64,000 nucleotides of DNA from a candidate division FCPU426 bacterium. Its GTDB lineage: Bacteria > Oederibacteriota > PGYV01 > Palsa-1178. The DNA lies in assembly GCA_963840035.1 (NCBI GenBank), contig CAWIXE010000002.1, positions 768,001 through 832,000 of the forward strand. Reading direction: 5' to 3'. Below are positions 63,226-64,000 of this stretch, piece by piece (the stretch's first letter is position 1; each line of letters starts with the position of its first letter). The notes under the pieces are model-generated. The model was not told where the DNA came from. It saw nothing but the letters and a program-made list of their open reading frames with translations, and ran no database searches. A program made the position numbers and the translations under genes.

Positions 63226-64000
63226 TTACCCCCTTATTTTCTTTATTTTCCTTTTTTTCCTCCACTGCATCTAACCCCTCAACCATAACACTTCCTTCTT
63301 TTGCTATTACCCGTATTTCTTTTCCGCCTATTTTTCCGATTAAATACATAGGCTCTTTTAATTTTCTCGGGTCAACAATTAGCGCGTCTTTTACCATTCC
63401 TGCCCCTTTTTCCATAACTTCACGCACCGACTTTTCAACGCTGAAAAACCTGTCAGCAGGCAGTAACCCATCAATCCCCTGATGCGGCCTTTTGAAGTTA
63501 TACCATTCCACCCATTTTCCTATCTTTTCCTGCGCGTCTTCAAAGCTGGATATCGGCTCTTTACTTAGTAATTCCTGGTACATATTCCGCCAGAGCGATT
63601 CAACTTTTCCGCAGGTTTGGGGATGATACGGCCGGCTTCTCAAATGGCTTATTCCGCTTCTTGTAAGGAATTTTTGAAATGTGCTTTTCCCCCTCCAACT
63701 GGCAAACTGCCTGCCGTTATCAGTAAGCACTTCTTTTGGCATGCCGTACTTTTCTATCGCGTTTTTTAGCACATCCAGGACCCTGTCGCTGGTTTGGTTC
63801 CGAAATACCCCTATACTGACGACAAACCGCGAATAATCATCCAGACATGCTATTACATATATCCGGTACAGCCCCTGCAGCATAAATGTCATTATATCCA
63901 TCTGGTACATGTCGCCGGGTTTGCTTCTTTCAAAACGCTGCGGTTCCTTTTGACTATTTCCATGCCGCAGGCTTTTTTCCTGTACCATTGTTGCTGTCTG
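62825..64000 (-). CDS. IS481-like rve transposase (5' partial)
   Basis: RFERSKPGDMYQMD, LDDYSRF, LTDNGRQF, PYHPQTCGKVES, YNFKRPHQG..PADRF. Confidence 0.88.
   Translation of the reverse strand, partial: QTATMVQEKSLRHGNSQKEPQRFERSKPGDMYQMDIMTFMLQGLYRIYVIACLDDYSRFVVSIGVFRNQTSDRVLDVLKNAIEKYGMPKEVLTDNGRQFASWRGKSTFQKFLTRSGISHLRSRPYHPQTCGKVESLWRNMYQELLSKEPISSFEDAQEKIGKWVEWYNFKRPHQGIDGLLPADRFFSVEKSVREVMEKGAGMVKDALIVDPRKLKEPMYLIGKIGGKEIRVIAKEGSVMVEGLDAVEEKKENKENKGVIENGTGENSAGNDGTEIHEVLQGNPIRGEVSGSTESNGKGKEGETGLRGDGYIEGDVPGVEENSAGRDSQGVPEDGEERQEAEELREGRGSEGNSDKGAGRTAEAGGKDPDTGGRKEKGDTGTADSQESNELL

Larger units (their letters stand above)
61735..64000 (-). mobile_element. Two-transposase DDE element (IS481/IS3-like), truncated at window end
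   Basis: Two rve integrase cores plus HTH orf; candidate end TGTCAATTATTGTCAC 19 bp past the last stop. Confidence 0.75.

Overview
Chromosomal segment of a diderm bacterium (LPS GT9 enzyme, OmpA, beta-barrels; lineage not determinable here) that appears to span the replication terminus. Genes run + up to 7591 and almost all - from 9211. The 1.6 kb gap between them holds a near-canonical dif site (8496-8523), three clustered DnaA-box-like 9-mers and a 12x18-bp tandem array. The left arm carries three LacI-family proteins, a REC-HAMP-GAF-GGDEF cyclase and two YgbA-domain proteins. The right arm carries an envelope cluster (OmpA/FGE/FecR/barrel), secA, tatA, a TPR/WD40/MORN/SirB1 cluster, pilB, dnaE, rho-rpmE-prfA-prmC, tRNA-Glu, three PilZ proteins, gap-pgk-tpiA-secG, a sigma54 two-component module, ftsH-folE-folP-cdaA-cdaR-pdxJ, nusB-ribH, an IS30 and a two-transposase element at the right edge. 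Intergenic DNA is rich in REP-like palindromes and 7-bp-periodic repeats. Four +1 frameshifts (one in dnaE) can each be repaired at or beside a GCWGC motif, suggesting methylation-linked sequencing errors. All calls come from reading the sequence; no searches were run.
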